DNA of 63,782 nucleotides, filler included, from Intoshia linei (Eukaryota > Animalia > Orthonectida), in assembly GCA_001642005.1 (NCBI GenBank). It is 6 parts of 6 records of this genome, joined end to end, with 100 filler letters (N's around TTAATTAATTAA, not from the genome) between each part and the next. Parts side by side here need not be neighbours in the genome. Positions count along the whole stretch, not along the records: positions 27,623 to 58,424 come from LWCA01000352.1; positions 58,525 to 59,969 come from LWCA01002612.1; positions 60,070 to 62,223 come from LWCA01002386.1; positions 62,324 to 63,782 come from LWCA01002606.1; 2 more parts are not named here. One strand, given 5' to 3'. This document shows positions 57,369-63,782 of this stretch, in pieces. Position numbers and translations under genes: made by a program. Positions within the stretch are counted from its first letter, which is position 1. The number at the start of each line of letters is the position of its first letter. The notes under the pieces were generated by a model. The model was not told the DNA's origin. It ran no database searches and saw only the letters and a program-made list of their open reading frames with translations.

Positions 57369-57670
57369 TAAATTTAATAAATAGATTAACATAAATTAAA
57401 GTACAAAGTTTATACTAAAAAAATTCAAAATTTCAAAATTAAAAAATAGTAATAAAAAAGATATTTATTTAAAATAAAAAGCTACTACGTATTAATTATA
57501 TTTAATTATTCAATTTTATTAAATACTAGCAATAACCTTAACATTTAAGGATTTAAATGCATCTACTTTTATCAAATTTGGATTCACTTTTAAAAACTTG
57601 CAGATAATTGTAACATTAAAATATTGCCTGTTTTAAAATTTTTTTGAAATTGCGCAATTTATTAATATTA

Positions 57671-58424
57671 CACACCCCCCGACAAAACGTTAGAGCATTC
57701 TATAAAAATGCTATTAAAACCATTTTCTGGATAAAAATTAAAATAAAATTTAATAAATTTAGAAAATGTCACTTATCTATGACATATCAAAGTGTATAAA
57801 TATAATTTATTGCAATTATTCATCGCTAATTACCCCAAAATATTTATTTTCATTATCGATTACGCGACAAAAGTGCTCTAAGAGATTATATTTTAGGTAT
57901 TAATTAGCACTAAAGCTAAATTTTTTAATTTCAAATAATATCTAATTAATAAATACATATATAATACAAAATTTTTAATAAAGATGTTTAAAGGAAAATA
58001 TTTAAATGAACGGGAAAAGGGAATTATTGATTATATGATAAAGGAAAGACAGCCAGTCGAAAATTGCAATAACATTAGCAAGAAGTAGGAAGTGCATACA
58101 AACGTATCTCAATAATCGTTAGTCAAAAAAATTAAATAATAAAATTGGACGCCCAAAGACATTAAGTCCATCTGATAGACGACTTTTATTACGAGAAGCG
58201 TCTAATTCTCGTCGTAGTGCTAGTTCAATAAAATCAAATTGTTCTTTTAATGACGTTTCCACTCGGACGATACAACGGGAATTATGTTCCTCACCGAACA
58301 TTCAACGAAGAGTCATGATAAAATGCCCAAACCTTACAAAACTCCACATAGAATAAAAAAATACTTTTTTCTCGTACCAATATGTCCATTAATTGGAATC
58401 ATATATGTTTTTCCGATGAAAACG
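57671..58424 (+). mobile_element. Decayed Tc3-like (Tc1/mariner) transposon, 5' half, cut by a gap
   Basis: Frameshifted GKYLNEREKGII...IAITLARSRKCIQTYL...GRPKTLSPSDRRLLLREASNS...NWNHICFSD. Confidence 0.85.
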
Positions 58425-61015
58425 NNNNNNNNNNNNNNNNNNNNNNNNNNNNNNNNNNNNNNNNNNNNTTAATTAATTAANNNNNNNNNNNNNNNNNNNN
58501 NNNNNNNNNNNNNNNNNNNNNNNNGCACAATACAATTTAAACAGTAAAACATGTATTTTAGTTAGTAAAAAATAGATGTGTTATCTATGATGTGTCACGT
58601 ATACGACAAGTTAATTGTTGTACTATAACAGTGGTTCCTAAACTTTTTCATCCATGGACCACTTGGACATCAACATTGGACCACAAAAAAAAATGTGTGT
58701 GGACCACATAATTTTTAAAAAAATCCCCTTAATCCTGAACACGTCACTAAGGTAATATTTAGCTTTTTTTATTATGTATTTCTCCTTAAATCGAAAATTT
58801 TACAGATGAGACCGATTGCAGATGATACTTTTTGCAAGCGTTACATCTACATTGATAGTCATAGTGCGGCATCATAGCACTATAGCAACCTGAAAAAAAT
58901 TTTTATAGGCCACACTTCTTGAAATGATTACTTCTGCCTGTAATATTATTTCTACATGCAATTACATGTATTCATTTATAGCCTTTTATTAACGCTTTAA
59001 AAATTTATTACAAACTATAAATTAATAAAAATTTAATTGTTATCTTGAAATTTTAATTCATTTATATATTATTATTACTTACTAAGTATTTATCGTAATT
59101 ATTTGAAATAACGGTTACCAACTTGTGGACGTGAAATACTTTTGGCGCGCTGTAAAATGTCATGAGTAATTAATTTTTAATAATTGATCGAGTTTTTTAT
59201 TGAGATATAAAAACAAATGTATACAAATTATGTATAAATAAATACCCAAAATATCCGTGTATTAAGTTTTTTTCGCTATGGTTGATTAATAGTGATTAAT
59301 AATTTTTAAAGTCATATCGAACATCAAAACTAATTTTTATGTTTAATTTAAAATTTCAACTCAAAAAATGTTAAGATCGCTAAGAGTTATATGAAACTAC
59401 AATTAGATTGCAAATTTATAAGGGCATATTTTCCATTTTCTGTGTCGTCTAAAGGAAGCACTATCGAACTAACTTAAATTTAACACACGTTAAAATTATT
59501 TACGTTATTCAGTAAAACTTTAATCCATTTTGTTAAAATGCTGTTCAAGTTCAGTCATAATATTAATACAGTCTAAGTCCTATTTAAAGGAATTCATAAT
59601 TATCGGAATTCTTATTTAACGGCATTTAAAAATAATGACAAACCAAAAATTCTATTAACTAAAATTTTATATAGTATGTGAAGATATAACATATCCAGAG
59701 TTATCAAAATATCTAAGTTTAATTGAAAAAATAAGTCATGACCTCAAGGATCTCTTTAACGGCTCTAATTGATATTTATACCCTTGAAACAAAATGTCAC
59801 AAGATTATCTCAAATAAAAAAAGCAAACCAAAATATTCTAATATTTTCAAAAATCTGATAAATTTATAAATAAAAGATATTAAATGTAAATAATTTTTTA
59901 AATTTCAGTAACTAAAATTAACATTTTATAAATTTTATTTTATTAAGCGATATTAAAGAACTTCTCTTTNNNNNNNNNNNNNNNNNNNNNNNNNNNNNNN
60001 NNNNNNNNNNNNNTTAATTAATTAANNNNNNNNNNNNNNNNNNNNNNNNNNNNNNNNNNNNNNNNNNNNTCATAACTAATATACTCGAATGTTATATAAT
60101 ATACTAATTAATTTAATTTTTTAATATTTAATTAACTTTGTTTCAATTTGATACGTGTTTTTATAAATGTTATGTTGTGTGACCATATGGTCACACTGGG
60201 AGTATATGGGTTAAACTATATAAAACTAGCACAAATAGTATGATTCAAAAGTATTTGAAATCGCAGCGGAATCAGAATCGGAAACGTTTTTTTTAAGAAT
60301 CGAATCGGAATCGGCATCGTTGAAAATTTAGGAATCGTCGCATCACTAATTATAACTAAATATTTCGTTATAATACAGAGAGATCCGTCATCTGTGAATA
60401 ATAAGGGTGTAAGTCAAATTTTTATACATGTTTAATGTTTAATGTGTGTAATTTACACCTAACATTAGTTTACAACTTTTTAAAAAAATTTAGTGTTAAG
60501 ACTTCATAGGTTTTATTAAATTTTCATGGCAACTAATATTTATAAATTATTTTTTTAATATAAACATTAATATCCAGTCAGACTTGTGGACCGTGAACAT
60601 TTGGTTCCGAATTTTTTTAATGTTTACTATAAAAAAATAATAAACAATGAAAATGACAGTGAAATGAAACATTATTAATCATGAATGTAAGTTTATTTTC
60701 TATATAAGTCAAGTTAGTATAGTAATATCAGTTAAGTTCACTATTTTTTCACTATATAAAGGGTTCACTATCAACAAGTTTGACTGTATATTATTTTGTT
60801 CACGATAAATATACACTGTACGTTTCAATAAAGTCACAATTATGTTTTCGATCCCTATAATAGAATTCAAAAAATTAAATAGATTTTTACTTAACTCCTT
60901 ACAAAATAATTGGATTTAACCAAATTTTAAAATTTTTAATGATTATATTCAGGCATTGATTAGATTATAATGTAACAACAATCTATACAATGATTATATT
61001 GTAAATCATTTTTGA

Positions 61016-62830
61016 ATGAAAAACTCATGGCATATGAATTAACTATAAAAGTGATTTTCCATCCTATAATGAAATCACATTTCGTAAATAGTACTAATAT
61101 TTCTTTATGAACTAAAAATTTACAAATTTTAAATATTATTTTATAATAATACATATTATAATATACAATGTTTAATAAACTTTATACTATGTAGAAATCA
61201 ATAAAAATGAATTATTTGAAGAAGGAAAAGTAATGTATGAAGTATTAAAACATATCCAAAAAAATTTTAATGATAACATAGACAACATAGTACAATTTTT
61301 TGATGGCAATCCATCAGGTATGCCAAAAGTACATTTATATAATACATATATTACATTATATGTAAGTATTATAATATATATTTAATTATTTTTTGATTTT
61401 TTGGATTAATACGCCCCTTTAATTATTAAAGTACTCTATAAAAAGGTCTATTTTTTTTCAATATTAGTTTTGTCAAAATGTCTTTCATTCTAAATAAAAA
61501 TATTCCGGGAGGTCGAAAAAAAATATGAAATTGTTGAACAGTGTTATTTATAAAAATTTATAAAAATAAAACATATTAATAGATTTAGGTGATTTTAGTT
61601 TTAAAAAATGACAAAATATTCAAAAAATAAACTATAATTCACTAAATTTACCTTAAAAAGGTAATTCTGATAACCTACATTATTTTGGGATAATTTACTA
61701 CGGTGTAATATTTTATGTACATATTTTTAAAATAATATATGTAATAATGTACATTATTACACCATATTTAATATTATTATATCGTATTACATAAATGTAT
61801 AGTAATTATTCAACCATTAAATATATTTTTTAATTTGCTTATTCTAGTCTTTTAGTTGTAGAAATGCAAGAATTCACAAAATCCCTTCTTGAAATAATTG
61901 ATAATGACGCTAAAAGCGAAAAAATTATAATTACAAGATTTGTGAAACTCTTTATAGAATTCTTTATTTTTAGTATTTTTCGAAATATTTATTGTTCAAA
62001 TTAAAATAGACTATAAAAAATGTGATCCGATTGAACATAGTGAAATATTAAATAATGAATGTACGTCTAAAGCATTAAAAGATTTTTCTGATATAATCGA
62101 CTCAATGGGTACATCACATAATACATATTTATATTATAACTAGCTTGGCAGTTTTGTACTACGTACAAACAACACCTAGCTCTGCTGAGGGCACTCTTTT
62201 ATTATACCAAAAAAATAAATTCANNNNNNNNNNNNNNNNNNNNNNNNNNNNNNNNNNNNNNNNNNNNTTAATTAATTAANNNNNNNNNNNNNNNNNNNNN
62301 NNNNNNNNNNNNNNNNNNNNNNNTATTATATTATATATATATTAATATATTTATTTTCTTTTAATTATACCAAATCAATAAAAATGCTACTGTTTAATAT
62401 TACCAATCTCTTAAATCAGGTATGGGCAACGTTATGATGTTAAAGGCCCGGATAGTAGATTCTGATAATTTTGCGGATAATCATATTAAAAATTTACTAC
62501 CCTCTGTCTGCATTTAGTGAAATAACAGTGGATTAAAAAAATTTTAATAAAAATTATACGGAAGGATGAAATTGGCCCTCGAGCTATCCTTGCTTTAAAC
62601 GAGTGCTTCCAGAACTTGTTTGACCATATACCCTTCATTTCACTTTAAATTTAATTTAAAGTTAATCATTCAGTTAATTTTATTTTGTGAACATATTTTT
62701 TTATTTCATTATTTTACTTTACTATTTAATAAAATTTTTCGACAGTTTGGTATTTTTTATATTTACGGACGGTGTTATTGAATTCATAGTAAAAAAATTA
62801 AATTGGATGAAAAGTGTGCAAAGTATAGGT
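61016..62830 (+). CDS. Unidentified spliced gene, partial
   Basis: Successive open exons with GT donors, e.g. NKNELFEEGKVMYEVLKHIQKNFNDNIDNIVQFFDGNPS, VVEMQEFTKSLLEII and YKKCDPIEHSEILNNECTSKAL. Confidence 0.4.
62140..62189 (-). mobile_element. Helitron-like 3' terminus, third copy
   Basis: Reverse strand reads GCTAGGTGTTGTTTGTAC-GTA-GTACAAAACTGCCAAG-CTAG-T. Confidence 0.55.
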
Positions 62831-63782
62831 AATAATGGATGGCAAATTATTATAAATCAACTGGTCTAGAAAAACTGGAATACATTGGTGATAAACAGAT
62901 CGAATATACCAAGCTCGAGGTTACTAAAAATAGGCCCAAAATTTTTTTTTGAAAACGATGAGTTGTGTCATATAATCCCTAAGCACTAGTGGTTGTGCCG
63001 GGAAAAAAACCGTGACAAAATTCCCGCGATATTTAATAATTTCCGGGAATTAAATTTCCCGAAAAAAATTGAGACATACTTCTATTTGATTTATGTTTGT
63101 TATTATCATGAAAATATGATTATATTATAATATTTAAATTTTACTATTTCAAAAATGCCACCACTAATAAAATTTTATCAAAAATACCATTTCAAGCCCT
63201 CATGGAAAAATTGTCTTAATTTGATATTCTTTTCAAAATCCGATTTTACGAAATCTTATGAAAAAAATCCACTTCATCAAACCACAAATAAAAAATATAA
63301 TTTTCTAGTCCTTAATGGAAAAATATCCTTTTTCCAATTTTATTTTGTAAAATATGAGTTGTTACGAACTGGAACGCTATTATCAAGATTGTTAAAATTA
63401 AAGGTATCCATTCTTTCTAATTTCTAAGGTTTTCTAATTAAATTTGTAAATTTCAATCTAGATTCGTGTTATTTCTTTCATTAAATTTCTTTTTGTTTCT
63501 AAAATTAATTAAGGTCTCTAAAATTTTTAATCCTAACTTACATTTTATTTTATTAACCCTTCACTATCGCACTGGATTATTTTTGACCTATATTTATGAA
63601 TTCAATGTGTCTTACACGATCGGCTAAATAAATTAATTTATAGTCATTAAAATAACAATAAAAGTGACACTTTAAATTTTACTACGGTGTGTATTTATTT
63701 TAATTTTTTATTGTATTGAGTTGAGTTAACTCAGTACATATATTTTTTCACAGCTAAAAACTATGAAAACGTATATTATTGA

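Overview
Very AT-rich eukaryotic (metazoan-type) genomic DNA using the standard genetic code. It is gene-dense, with many GT-AG introns of about 34-45 nt plus a few transposon-filled long introns. This architecture is reminiscent of compact parasite genomes such as the orthonectid Intoshia (inference only). Spliced genes reconstructed by eye, left to right: a FANK1-like FN3 5' end, RABGGTB, FAF2/UBXD8, CAP (cyclase-associated protein), a secreted MAM-domain/His-rich protein, SLC35F, RPL13A, FAM47-like, the C-terminal part of a long-tailed myosin I, a PXA...Nexin_C sorting nexin, MRPS18B, sepiapterin reductase, an intronless CEPT1/CHPT1, and two unidentified genes. Mobile DNA includes three decayed Tc1/Tc3 elements, a piggyBac-like fragment, many hAT-type MITEs (one nested, with a perfect 8-bp TSD) and Helitron-like 3' ends. 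Five assembly gaps carry a TTAATTAATTAA linker. The most notable observations are: (1) a 46-aa PEP-19/PCP4-like acidic/IQ calmodulin-regulator microprotein gene nested antisense in a FAF2 intron and missed by the ORF track; (2) a signal peptide-MAM-KR-His-rich precursor; (3) four convergent gene pairs whose stop codons are only 7-55 bp apart; (4) a CAP with its polyproline replaced by poly-Thr. All exon boundaries were read manually and may be off by a few bases. No database searches were run.
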